A DNA stretch of 64,000 nt from Camelus dromedarius (lineage: Eukaryota): NCBI RefSeq assembly GCF_036321535.1, contig NC_087436.1:22074001-22138000 (forward strand), given 5' to 3'. Shown here piece by piece: positions 14,071 through 26,050 of this stretch. The position numbers were made by a program, and so were the translations under genes. The notes under the pieces are model-generated. The model did not search any database, was not told where the DNA came from, and was given only the letters and a program-made list of their open reading frames with translations. Position 1 is the first letter of the stretch. Every line of letters begins with the position of its first letter.

Positions 14071-17000
14071 TTTTTTAAAATTTACTTCACAAAATATTTT
14101 TAAATTGCTGAATTAAATTATTTCCAATGTCTTCTAGCCCCGAGGCCCCTTAGCTCATAAATAATAGAACACTCTGATGTGGATTTTCATCATGACAAAT
14201 GTGACCCTGTCTTTTTTCTGTTTTCTAAATCTCCTCACCATAAGTGTTTTTCTTTGTCTCCCTCTTTAATAAGTTTTCCTATTCGTTTCCCAAGGACACT
14301 GAGAAATGTTTCTCTTTTGCTTTAAGAATAATGCTCTTCTGTTCCATTGTTCTTTTTATGAATATTGATGTGTCCACGAAGACTACTAATCTATTATTAC
14401 AAAACCTGTACTAAATGTCTAGCCGTATTTACCTTGTGTTTTATTTTCAAGAAAAGGAAAAAAAATCCAAAAATGAAGTCTTGTTATAGTGCCGTAAATC
14501 TCTTTTTATATACTTAAATTGTCTGAAGTTCCTGAAACATGGTAATATAAGCACAGACTGTCATATAACTTGTCTTATTATATGGCTTGGTTTGAAATAA
14601 GCTGTGAAATAAAACTTGTGCCAGACAGCTGCTCTAAAAATTAACTTTTCTTAAGGAGGCAAAATGATTGGCATGATTAATTGCCTTAAAGAAATTTGTT
14701 TGCTTAATTAAAACAATTATTAAAAATTCCTTAATGGAAGATTCTCCTAAGAGTTTACTCTCTAATCTAAAAGTCCTAGATTAATGAATAGGTCTGTTTA
14801 TGGATTAGGGTATGTACTGATAATATTAGGGTTTTTTTTTTCCAGCCTTGTGGTACATTGAGTGAAAATACGTTTCTAAACATTGATGCATAACATGGTT
14901 TGTGACCTGTAAAGTTGACAGTCAGAGGCTCCAAATAGAGAACATTTTGTAGCATCTTAATTCTAGCGGCCAGGGCACTTAGAATTGACCCTGGAGCCCA
15001 GCTATGTCATGAGACCAACTCTGGCCAGCCAGATTCTTTGTGTGCTTCTGTGTCTTTCCCAGGGCCAGAGTTTCCACTGATTTTTCAAAGATTTTCTCAG
15101 CAGCTACTGGGAATCTAAGTGAATAGATAGTACTGGGTCATCTCTTACTGAGATAATTGCATTCCCCTGAGTTTAAACTTCGTTAAAATCCTTGGTTTCT
15201 GAGATAGGGTCTTATTTCCCATGATATGCGACTAAAGATGGCTTCATTTTCAAATTATTAATGATAATCTAGTGGTGTTATATTAAGTTCTTTCTGGAAT
15301 AGATGCCTGCGTGGCCGCAGCCAGGCTCACGTACACTGAGATCTCAGTTGATCTGGGTCCCAAACACCTCTGCTGTGCTGACTTCCACGCGTGATCCCGC
15401 GGTGGTGTGCTGGAGCCGCCTTCCACCAGCCCTGGGCGGCTGATCACGCATTTCTTCCCAGCTCCACCATCTGCTGTCTCACGTGGTAGCTTGAAATGGG
15501 CCAGGCTGAGGGTGATTTCACCACTGAAATGGGCACACTCCATAAATCATAGCTTCCCCTCCCATCCCCAGCCTCTGAGAACCAGTTGTTAAACACTCAC
15601 TTGCCCACGATTGTCCCTAAACACTGAATTCCACTCAGCGTGATTAGATAAAGTCTCCGAATTTCCTTGCCTGTGGTCTCCTCCAGTCTGTGCCAATCAT
15701 GAGCACCCTTCTCTGAGGATGTTTGAAAGTTTCTTCCTGGCAGCAGCAAAGGAAAATTCACTCTAAGAAGTGGGAAAGGTAAAAGCACAACTTTTGATAC
15801 AAAGAATTTATGAAAATGCCCCTGGTTTCTGTTGTCCCTGTGTTGGACTTTGCTTAGTGCACTGTTTTCAATGGTCCCCTGTCAAGTGCTTGAACTCATT
15901 AGCTCCAATTAGCCAGCCTCTTTAGGCACCAAGAATAAACACACTTTAAGCACAAGACATGCATTATAAATGATGGAGATACTCCAACTGTTAAGCATTT
16001 TAAGTGTTAACAATTCTAGGTTTCACATGTCTCCTTGAGACAGCAAATTCCTTAGACATCTGAGAGGATATATTTTAAAAGCTTTGAATGGTTTAAAGGA
16101 ATAGAAATATTTTGGCATCTGTTGAACAGTTATAGTTTAAGTCGAATTGCTTTACCAGATACGAGTGTGCGTGCGTGTGGATCTGCTTGCGTCTTTGGTC
16201 CTGACTGCTGGTTGATTGTGTAAAACAGACAGAAAAACTTGGATTAGAAAATGAAAGAGCCGTCTTACCGGCAGCTACTGCTCCGGTGCAGAGGAAGTAT
16301 GTTCTGCAACTTTAACTTAAAAAACTCAATGTTGGATTTCCAAGGTGTATTTTAAGTCAGGCCCTATGATGTGCCACATTGTGAGTACGTGGAAAGGTGC
16401 TTTTCCGATGTCCTGTTAATAGGTATCTTGTCCTGGAAATAAGGGGTTTGTTTCCAAAATTAAAGATGTCGTTCTTCCCTCTTATGATTTGCCATCCATC
16501 CATTATTATTTGCCGTTCATGGGTCTTTCAGTCATTGCTTGCTGATGTGATTCCAAGGCAAAGATGTAACAATGAAGCTAATTTCTAAATTCTGCTGCCA
16601 CAGGTACCTGCCAGAAGCTCTGAATCCTCCCATAAACAATCCTATTCATAGAGGTTTCTTAAGTAAATACAATTCTGCTATCACTCAGTTTGTTTATAAT
16701 TTTTTGGTTAGGGAATTGAGTTCCCTCATGCTCTAAGGTAGCATATTTCCTCTGAAGGTTTTTAGATTTCAGGAGCTAATAGCGTATTTCTGTGCTATTC
16801 TTTAATATCCATAGTGTAAGCAGGATGTAAATAGTACGTTTATGATTTAGCACTAAATCTATTTAAAAATCACTCATCCACCAATATTCTTATGACAGTT
16901 GAACGTTGTTATACTCAGAGATTAATGTAATTCCACATATGGGAAATTTATATACTAACTTTATTTCTCTGTCAGTATCAAAGTGCTTTCCATAAATATT

Positions 17001-17139
17001 CAGAAACAGATGATGTGACTTCGGGTTACCTAATAATTACCCCTCTAAAATCTAAATACCTAGCTTGAGCCTGACTCCAGAAAAGTCTAGTTATGGTGAT
17101 AAAACTGTAATTTGCAAGTGATTCCTAATTGTTCATCCT

Positions 17140-17625
17140 TTCCACTCTTGACCTTTTGCACTCTATTCTCCATATAGAATCAGAGTAGTGTTTTTAAAGC
17201 ATAAAAAAAAAATCACATCACTTCTTGACTCAAAACCCTGCTTTTCCCATTGTAATTAGAATATGGCCCCTACTCTCCTAGAGCCCTCCCTTGAATCTAC
17301 CTCCCACTTCATTCCTCCTCTTTCAGCTATTAGTTTTTAGACACTTTGGCCTCAGGGCCTTTGCACTTGATGTTGCTTTGGCCTGGAACACTGTTGCCCC
17401 TTATTGTTCTCTGGCTTCTCTCCTTTATGGTCAAAGAAATCCACCTTGCCATTGTAGGTCAAATACCCCCATCCAGTTAACCTTTTTTTCCATTACTCTA
17501 CTTATTTCCATGCAGACTTACCAATTTACTCATTTTGACATTTTCCATCTCTTCCTGTTGCTAGAATGTACGTCCATGAAGTGATTATTCCTTGTTTACA
17601 GCTGTATCCCTCACAGTGACAATGA
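17140..17625 (+). mobile_element. L2 fragment
   Basis: gcctcagggcctttgcacttgatgttgctttggcctggaacac...ctagaatgtacgtccatgaa. Confidence 0.7.
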
Positions 17626-17831
17626 CAGATCAACTTAGGGAAAGACATGCAGAGAGGTGGGAGAAACGCAAGTTTAGGGAATCACAGAGCAGCTGGATTA
17701 GTTGGGTTCAGGCAGTATACATCACATCCATATCTGAAAGAAATTCTCCAGCCAAAATCTTCTTAAAAACAGTAAGATTGTTAAACAGCAAATGTGAAAT
17801 ATAAGTCTCAAACATTGAGGGTCACCTGTAG

Positions 17832-18302
17832 CAGTATTTCTCAAACCTTTGGTCTCAGGATTCTTTCACATTCTTAAGAATTCTCCAAAATCCCAAAGGG
17901 CTTTGGTTTATGTAGGTTTTGATACCTGTGGATGCTTACTACATTAGAAATTAAAACTCAGAAAATTTATTAATTCTCTTCACATAGCAAACAATAAACC
18001 CATTATGTTAACATAAATAATACATATTTTTGAAAATTTAATTGTCTTTTGGAAAACTACAAAATACACTGAGAGAGTGGCATTGTTTTACAGTTTTGTA
18101 AGTCTCTTTTATGTCAGATTAACAGGAGAGACATGCATTGTCATGTCTCAGTCTGTCGGGAAATTACTTTTTTGGTAGCATCTGGAGAACTCCACTGTAC
18201 ACTTGTGAAGGATTGAGAGAGAAAGGAAGATACATCTTAGACGTTCTATGAAAAGATGTTGACCTTGCACATCCCCTGATTGGACCCCATGAGAGAGCTG
18301 CT
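17832..18302. mobile_element. hAT-Charlie (Charlie1-like) DNA transposon relic
   Basis: cagtatttctcaaacctttggtctcagga...cccaaagggctttggtttatgtagg...taaacccattatgttaacataaataa...gagtggcattgttttaca. Confidence 0.85.
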
Positions 18303-18754
18303 GAGCTGGGGTTTGAGTAAGACGTAAACTGCAAACGTGTCGTGTCCCAGCTGCTCCTCACAGGTCTCAGGACTCATTATGCACCTGGCTTGTCAGAGTG
18401 AGACGAGCCCTCAACTTAATGAGATTGTGTTCCCAACTTTGGAAATCAGTCTTTTGTAACTTCAAGTACATCTTTCTATAGAAACACTGTTATAGATTGT
18501 TATTACCTTCCAGGGAAAAAGTTTACAGCATCCAATTTAGCACCTTTGCTCTTTTAAGACAACCCTGAGTGCGTCCTGCAGTAGACCCTGGCCCTTTCAT
18601 AACAATGTTTCTTTGAGAGGAGTCATCCCTCATTCCTGTCTGAGATGCCACAGTCACACTGCACAGAAACTTTGCATCAATTTTCCTACATTGTCTTTAG
18701 TACAGCACAGTGTCTGGGTACTACCATTTCAGCCCGAGCTGCAGGCAATACAAC

Positions 18755-18950
18755 AACAGAGCGGTTGAAAGCGTTCACATATGTTTGGAAGCGGAGTGGA
18801 TTCATGTTGAAATAGCTGTTCTACATACTGGCCACATAACCTGGGGAGAAAGTTACTTATCTTTGAGTTTTGTTTCCAGGCAGGTTGAAAGTTACCTTAA
18901 GTGTGAGACTCTTTTTTTCTCATAAGGTTGTTTTGAAGAGTTAAAGAGTA
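18755..18950 (+). mobile_element. MIR SINE
   Basis: ataacctggggagaaagttacttatctttgagttttgtttcc...cataaggttgttttgaagagttaaa. Confidence 0.6.
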
Positions 18951-19040
18951 GAGAAAGCAGTGAAAGAAAATTCTGAGTGATTAGAAACCGGTTAATTAAA
19001 GGAATGTGAATAATGCAGAGCACTAGCATCAGCATTTTTA

Positions 19041-19289
19041 AAAAATTGAAGTATAGTCAGTTTACAGTGTTGTTGCAATTTCTGGTGTATGGCACCATGT
19101 TTCAGTCATACATATACATACATTTATTCGTTTTCATATTCTTTTTCATTATAGGTTACTACAAGATATTCAGTATAGTTCCCTGTGCTATATGGAAGAA
19201 ACTTGTAGTTTATCTATTTTATATATCCTAGTTACTATTTGCAAATCTCAAACTCCCAATTTATTCCTTCCCCCTCCTTTCCCACCTAG
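19041..19289 (-). mobile_element. Short L1 3' end with target-site duplication
   Basis: Reverse complement of the 3' end seen at 30330-30570. Flanked by the direct repeat ctagcatcagcattttta (19023-19040 and 19290-19307). Confidence 0.93.
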
Positions 19290-20014
19290 CTAGCATCAGC
19301 ATTTTTAAAGCTTTTCCACGTGGTTCTCAACTGCATCCAATGCTTAGACCCAAGGATTGAATAAATTATTAGTACTTTGGTAGGACTCCATAGAGAAAGA
19401 AACTAGTGCAATAGTAGAACAGAGCTACTGCAGTGACCCCATCTTTGCCTGGGGATGGAAAAACACTTCATTGGATACATTAAAAACCCCTCCCCTCTGT
19501 GCCCATATACACCATTTTTTTTCCAATTCAAAAAAATATACTTTGTGGGTTGACTATATAAGCCAATTGATCTTTACCCAGGGCTTGGTGATCTTCTTTT
19601 GACCAGGGTTACAAAAGCTTGGGTTGTAAATGATCTCTTCAAATCCTGAGTGATATCACAAGAATTTTGTTTGAAGGCTACCTAGGAATTATTTAGCCTT
19701 ACAGTATTGGGACTAATGGTGTCACTGAGCAACAGATTAATAGACATGTGCTTGTGTTGATATTACTGTTCTCTGTCTAATGGCTTCTTCATTAACTCAT
19801 GACTGTGGTCTTAATTGGGGGCCGTTAATATGTAAGGATGGTGTTTTTGAGTCTGGCAATGTGATAAATCGTGTCTGTTTTTATTCCCTGAAACTAATAG
19901 ATTTTTGGTTTTAAAACCTATTAAGCAGCCGTAGGGAAGACAATTAAAGTCACCATCAGTCTGAGCTCAGAAAAGGCACACTGCCCTGGAAGGGACGCAC
20001 AGTGCCCTGGAAGG

Positions 20015-20200
20015 GGCGCACACTTTGGAAGCAGACTTTTTAATATCTGATCTGCAACTTGCTATTGAAATGATGCTGGGCAAAGCACTCTGGTTTTCTG
20101 AAACTGAGTTTTCTCTTCTGTAAAATGGGCCAGTCATAATACAACACAGAACCATAGGAATTAAGTGAGATAATATAAGTAAAAAAATAATACATGTGCC
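20015..20200 (+). mobile_element. MIR SINE
   Basis: gggcaaag...ctgagttttctcttctgtaaaatggg...aattaagtgagataatata. Confidence 0.7.
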
Positions 20201-20661
20201 TCTGAAATAATAAACCCATAGTTGTTATTTTCTTTGATTCCATTATCCTTATGGGTCAATTAAATATTATTTCTTTCTATCGTAGAAGGTTTCTATCAGA
20301 GCACATATTCAACCCAGGTCTAATGCTGGAACCATAACTCTGCTCCCACTTTTCAGAATGACAGAACAATTATTTCTGTATATTGGTGTCTTGGCAAAAG
20401 AGAGGCAGGGAGCTGGAAGCAGTAAGAGGTTTGACCTGACCCCCCCCAAAAAAATGCTGTTAATATAGATTCGTGATATTTGAATTGAACAGTCTATGTA
20501 TTGGAATGTTAATAATATTCTCATGTGGGGCCTTGGAAGTCAGAAGGGGCGGAATTCTCAACTTATGGCAGTTGTTTAGAAAATTATCAGTTAATATCTT
20601 CAGTGCCTATAAAACACATTGTAGATTGTGTTTTTGATGTGCAAAGAGCTCCTTTATTCTT

Positions 20662-21120
20662 TTTTTTTTAATTGAAGTATAATTGATTCACAGCATTAGT
20701 TTCTGGAGTACAGCATAGTGATTCAGTTAGACATATATATTATTTTTTATATTCTTTTTCATTATAAGTTATTACAAGTTATTGAGTATAGTTACCCTTA
20801 TTGTTTATTTATTCTGTATATAGTAGTTTGTATCTGCTAATCCCAAACTGCTAATTTATCCCTCTCCACCCTTTCCCCTTTAGTAACTATAAGTTTGTTT
20901 TCTGTGTAAGTCCCTTTCTGTTTTGTAAATAAATTCATTTGTGTCATTTTTTTAGATTCCACATGGTATCCTATGATATTTGTCTTTCTCTGTCTGACTT
21001 ACTTCACTTAGTATGATAATCTGTAGGTCCTCCATGTTGCTGCAAATGGCATTATTTCATTTCTTTTTCATGGCTGAGTAATATTCCACTATGTATATAC
21101 ACCACATCATCTTTATCCAG
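20662..21120 (-). mobile_element. L1 3' end with TSD
   Basis: tttaattgaagtataattg...tagattccacat...gttgctgcaaatggcattatttc L1 3'UTR motifs. TSD tcctttattctt at 20650-20661 and 21121-21132. Confidence 0.92.
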
Positions 21121-21228
21121 TCCTTTATTCTTCATTTCTGTTTTAAAAATATCTAAACATCTATTAACACTTAAAAAAAATCTTTGGTCTTAAACTTTGC
21201 AGCTCCTTGGAGGTTTATCTTTAGGTTT

Positions 21229-21490
21229 GGGCCCAGACAGGACTTGGCTTATAGACACAGTTCAAGAGCCCTGATGGTCCGAGCAGTGCTGCCTCTCCCA
21301 GCCTAGTGTCCCTTTCAGGAAGATCCAGAGGTAAAGAGTGTGGAAGCAGGTAGGGCCTGCTTTGGGTAAGGGCCCAGACAGGACTTGGCTTATAGACACA
21401 GTTCAAGAGCCCTGATGGTCTGAGCAGCACTGCCTCTCCCAGCCTAGTGTCCCTTTCAGGAAGATCCAGAGGTAAAGAGCATGGAAGCAG
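21229..21490. repeat. 141-bp-period tandem duplication (1.86 copies)
   Basis: 21229-21349 recurs at 21370-21490 with 5 mismatches. Confidence 0.97.
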
Positions 21491-22299
21491 AAGGGTTTAC
21501 TGTCAGAACAGTGATAGAGAGACCTCTTTGCCTTCCATGAAACCGAGACCTATTTCAGCATCTGTTATTTTCAACAGCACCTGTATCTTTCAGTGCCTCT
21601 CTTACAAAGGAAGGCAATGTTGAAAGATATTTTTGCTGTTCAGTATTTTTTTCACCTGCCTGTAATAGATCTCTGTAATAGTTGGAAAGGGACATGGACT
21701 AAATTGGGTAATGGCTGGGATACCCAGAGTTATATGACTCTGGTGCCACATTTGCAGTCACCATTAACCTAAAGAACCACAGGACACCTATATGACTGGT
21801 AGAATTTAGTATAATGGCACATTCATATAGTGAAATTAGAAGTCTTAAAGAGCCACCAATTAAACATAAAGGGGCCCGTGTGACCAGAGAGCTGTGGTGT
21901 GAACATCACTGCCTTAGAGAAATGGAAAACCTCTAAGATCAGATGCATCCAAACTAAGAGCACTTACATATTTCATACTCTTACCTATTTGGGGTTTGGA
22001 AATCTATAGACTGTTCTTGTGTATACCATTTGCATAATATGTTTTGTGTGTCAGCATGTCACACTTTATATTTTTGGATAGTGCTCAGGCTTCAGGGTAA
22101 ACTCCGCTTTTACTGAGAGAACTACCTGTAGTTACACATTTATAACTGGTTTATTGAAGACTTAATAAACAGAGCAACATGTAATGGTGCATTTCCCCCT
22201 CTCCAATCATATTTAACTACTACGCTCTGTTGAACATCATTTTTCATCTCTTAACCACATGTTGGGAAGATTCCTCAGCTTTGCAGTAACTTTCAGACA

Positions 22300-23200
22300 C
22301 TAAAAAGTTTAGTTTGGGTAGGATGTGGAAGTTGGTGCAGGCGACACTCCCTCTGACTCCACCTGGAAACAAGCCCAATGTTATAAACATCACATGTGAG
22401 AACATCGCCAAGCTGTGAAAGCCATATCGACAAGAGAAACTAAAATTCCAGAGAGAGGAGGGCCTTTTGGAGCTAAGCTCTCAGGAGCCTGTGATTTCTC
22501 CTCTTCGGGCATTTGGTAGTCCTGAGAGGGGGCCGGAGAACTAGACTTCTCCTGGACACCGGGCGGAGGCTGCTCAGGGAAAGAGAAATCAGCAGAGCTT
22601 TCGGAAGTTGTGTTGAATGCAGTGAGAATCTGAGACTTCAGGGACCTCAAATCAGTGGCCGATTTTTTCTCAGTAGAGACTTACTGAGTTCTGACCTCTG
22701 CAGGAGGCTGAAGAACCAAGCCAGAGGCTTCTAAAAAGCGGAGTGAAACCTACCACCGTTTCACAGTGCTTAGGAAGCCAGGGAAAGGGGCCAAAACCAG
22801 GCAAGAACCACAGCCCTAGAGGGAGTGGTGAATTGACACTGAGGGACTAAAAAGCCGTTTGTCACCTGGGGCTGTTCACAGATTCTCCCGGTAGCTAGAA
22901 GTCTGAGTATCAGTCTTTGCTGAACACACAGCGGCAGCTGGCAAACCGAGAACCCAGCAGAGATTTTGATTTTCATCTATAGCTGAAATGACAAATTTAG
23001 AGACCAAAGCGGGACTCCAACTCATGGCTGGCCTGTCTCTAAAGACATTTGCCAGATTTTGAGGCTGTGTGAGGCCCAGAACAGAAGAGAGATGCTGAGA
23101 CATCCAAGAATCTCCGGCATAACTTTCAGGGTAGAGGAGCAAAGACCAGCGAGGCTCTCGATTGAAAGTTCCAGAGGGTCAGACCCTGCAACACAGGCAG
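22300..23200 (+). mobile_element. Probable ancient L1 5'-region fragment
   Basis: Purine-rich sequence resembling L1M 5' ends, with no coherent ORF or splice structure. Family assignment is uncertain. Confidence 0.35.
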
Positions 23201-23206
23201 ACTGAG

Positions 23207-23560
23207 TGTCTTAGTTGCTAAGGCTTCCATGACAAAGTGCCACAGACTGGGTGGCTTAAACAACAGAAATTGATTTTCTGGACTCTGGAAGTCCAAGATC
23301 AAGGTGTTGTCAGGGATGCATTCTTCTGAGGCTTCCCTCCTTGGCTTGCAGATGGCCCCCCTCCTGCTGCCTCTTCCAAGGGTCATCCCTTTGTGTTTGC
23401 AACCCTAGTGTCTCTTCCTTTACTTATCAGGAAGCCGGTCCTATTGCATTGTGGCCCCACCCTAATGGCCTCATTTTAATGTAATTACCCTATCTCCAGT
23501 GACAGTCACATTCTGAGGTACTGGTGGTTAGGGCTTCAGCATGTGAATTTGGGATTAGGG
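23207..23560 (-). mobile_element. MaLR solo LTR (MLT1A-like)
   Basis: tgtcttagttgctaaggcttccatgacaaagtgccacagactgggtggcttaaacaacagaaatt...ggaagtccaagatcaaggtg...cacattctgaggtactgg. Confidence 0.9.
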
Positions 23561-23906
23561 GAGTAGGGCTTGGGGGTAGAGGAGTTGGGAAGGTGGAGAT
23601 TTGGCCTCCAACACTGAGTCTTCCCAAAATCCCAGCCCAGCTCTGTCCCAGATCAATCCCTGACTTGATGATGAGAAAACAGCCTTTTCCCCATGACATG
23701 ATGCCACAAAGCATAACAAAGGAAAGGGCATCTCTGAAAGAAAATACTATCTGGAACTTTTACAGGTGCTTGTCATTTTTTTTTTAATTACTAGATACCT
23801 TCATAACCAGAAGAATAAACTCCATTCCTTATTTAGGCATGTTTCCATGAAAATGAATACCTACCGTTCTCATCTATGACCTGTTTCACTCAAAAGCACC
23901 CTAGAC

Positions 23907-24097
23907 CAGACTTTCTCAAACTTTAACATGCATATGAATTACTCGATGACGTGAAGACTGATTCAGTATGTCTAGAATGAACCTGAGACTCTGCATTTCT
24001 AAAATAAGCTTCTAGGGCATGGTCCTCAGACCATCCTCCTGACCAGCTGCAGACCAGTAGGTGATGGTTGTGCACACTAGAGTTTAAGAAACATTGC
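23907..24097. mobile_element. MER5A-like MITE
   Basis: ttctcaaactttaacatgcatatgaattac...ctgattcagtatgtct...cctgagactctgcatttctaa. Confidence 0.72.
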
Positions 24098-24162
24098 CCA
24101 ATAAATAATGTCTAAGATTGCTTCCAGTTCTGAGTTTTGTTAACTTTTATTTAATTTCTTGT

Positions 24163-24292
24163 AATAAGCTATAATGGAAAATAATCTGAAATATACATGT
24201 ATGTATGTATGTGTGTGTATATATATGTAACTGAATTGCTCTGTTGTACCTCTGAAACTAACATCATAAATCAACTACACTTCAATTAAAAA
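24163..24292 (+). mobile_element. L1 extreme 3' end
   Basis: gtaactgaattgctctgttgtacctctgaaactaac...aactacacttcaattaaaa. Confidence 0.8.
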
Positions 24293-24437
24293 TATATTTT
24301 TTTAATTTAAAAAATGTGTTTCCAAAGAAGCTTTATTCTAATGCTGGACCATTGCACATTGCATTTTTGTGAACTTGTTTAGGAGTTGGGGTTAGTTTAT
24401 GAGGCTCACACTCAAAAAAAGCTCATTTATTTTAGAG

Positions 24438-24618
24438 CAGTAGTTCTTAGCTTTGGCTGCACATTGAAATCAAGTGGGGAGTGAGCCTTAAAAATTACTA
24501 ATGCCAGGATCCTTTCTTCAAAGATTCTGATTTAATTATTCTGGAATTTGGCTTGGAAATTGGCATTAAAAATATCCCAGATGATTCTAATGTGTTGTCA
24601 CGATTGAGAACAACTCTT
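24438..24618. mobile_element. MER5B-like MITE
   Basis: cagtagttcttagctttggctgcacattgaaatca...agattctgatttaatt...cccagatgattctaatgtg...ttgagaacaact. Confidence 0.82.
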
Positions 24619-25586
24619 TTAGGATAGCTCTTTTTTTTTTTTTTTTTTAAACTGAAATAGTACTGGGCCTGCTTTGACCACTCACCTCATTGCCAGGCCC
24701 ATTTCTGGTAAAAGTAAGTAAATACTGATAACAGCCCACCTGAAGAAGAAGTAGGATTTACCTATTGTTGTTAGTTGCGTACATTTTTCACAGGAAGTTT
24801 GTTTTTTTTTTTTTTTTTTTTTTTTAATCCTTTGGCGCTGGATAGCTGCTGCTCCTTATAGACTGAGAATGTGATTTCCATTTTGCCACAGTCCTCCCCC
24901 ATCCCTATTGTCTCTTATTCTCAGCCCATTTCTTTCATTAACTTAACCTGCTTGGAGTCTTTGGGTATATGAGTTTGCAACACCATCTCTACAATGATTA
25001 GTGAGGTAGTCAACTAGAAGTTAAACATATTTAAGGAGAAATTTTAAATGTACTTCCCAGGGGTATTTCAGATAAAATTTTCACATTGCATAGGTAGTTT
25101 TTCTAGGTTGTTTCTAAGACCCCTTCCATCTCTAAAATTCAGTGATCTAAATAATTTCAATTTGTACAGCAATCATTTTCTCCATCTACAACAAAAATTA
25201 AACAATTGGAAAATCAGTATCTAAGAACTGACAGGTTTTAGACAGTTGAAGATACTTGCCAATTATTATTACATGATTTGACTCTTACCATGTTGTTAGT
25301 ATTACCTAAGGGAATACTATGTCTTCATAATCTCTGAGATCGCCAGTGTTTATAATAGTGGCTGGATCATAATAAGTACATAAGATCATAATGTGTATTT
25401 GTTGACATTAAAATAGTGAATTAGGATTTAATGTTAGCTATTTTTCTTTATTTCTTCAGAGCCATAAACTGAATTCAAAATTTCACTTAGAACATATGGG
25501 AGGTCTGAGTTATGCTGGCTGCTGAAACAAATACAAACATCCAAATTTCAGTGTCTTAGCATGATGGAAGCTTAGTTCTTGGTCAC

Positions 25587-26050
25587 TGTGGTGGACAGAA
25601 TTCTAAGATGGCCCCAAGATCACCACCCCATGTTGCACATGCCCTGCATAGTCTGAAGATCTGAAGTTTGAGAAGGTTTTGATGCAAAGGGGATTCTTTG
25701 TTGCTGGATTTGAAATGGAAGAGGCCATGTGGCAAGGAATGAAGGTGGCCTCTAGGAATTTATAGCAACTTCCAGCTGTCAGCCATCAAGATAATGGGGA
25801 CCTCAGTCCTAGAGCTGTAAGGAACTGAATTCTGCTAACAGCCTGCGGGAGCTGGAAGCTGACCCTCCCCTAGTCAAGCCTCCAGATGAGGATGTGGCCA
25901 GCCACCACCTCCGTGTGAGCTTTGCAAATGAAGAACCCAACCACACCAGGCCTGGACTTCTGACGTAAAGATGGCGAACTCATAAATGAATGTTGTTTTA
26001 ATCAGCTAAGTTTGTGATCATTTATTACATGGCAGGAGAAAGCTAATGGA
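25587..26050 (+). mobile_element. MLT1E/F-like LTR nested in an older antisense MLT1 (~25500-26330)
   Basis: tgtggtggacagaattctaagatggcccc...gccatgtggcaaggaatg...aaggaactgaattctgc...gctaagtttgtgatcatttattaca. Confidence 0.85.

Noticed and set aside
14939..14953. Partial androgen/glucocorticoid response element AGAACAtttTGTAGC
   Set aside because: The second half-site is poor and such matches are expected by chance in 64 kb.
21229..21490. Direct repeat as a possible CRISPR array or coding repeat
   Set aside because: There are only two long copies with no unique spacer series, in a mammalian intron; the minus-strand ORF is incidental.
22390..22650. Minus-strand ORF with protein-like Pro/Glu/Ser composition
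   Set aside because: It has no true ATG start or convincing splice sites and is more likely antisense of an old L1 5' region.
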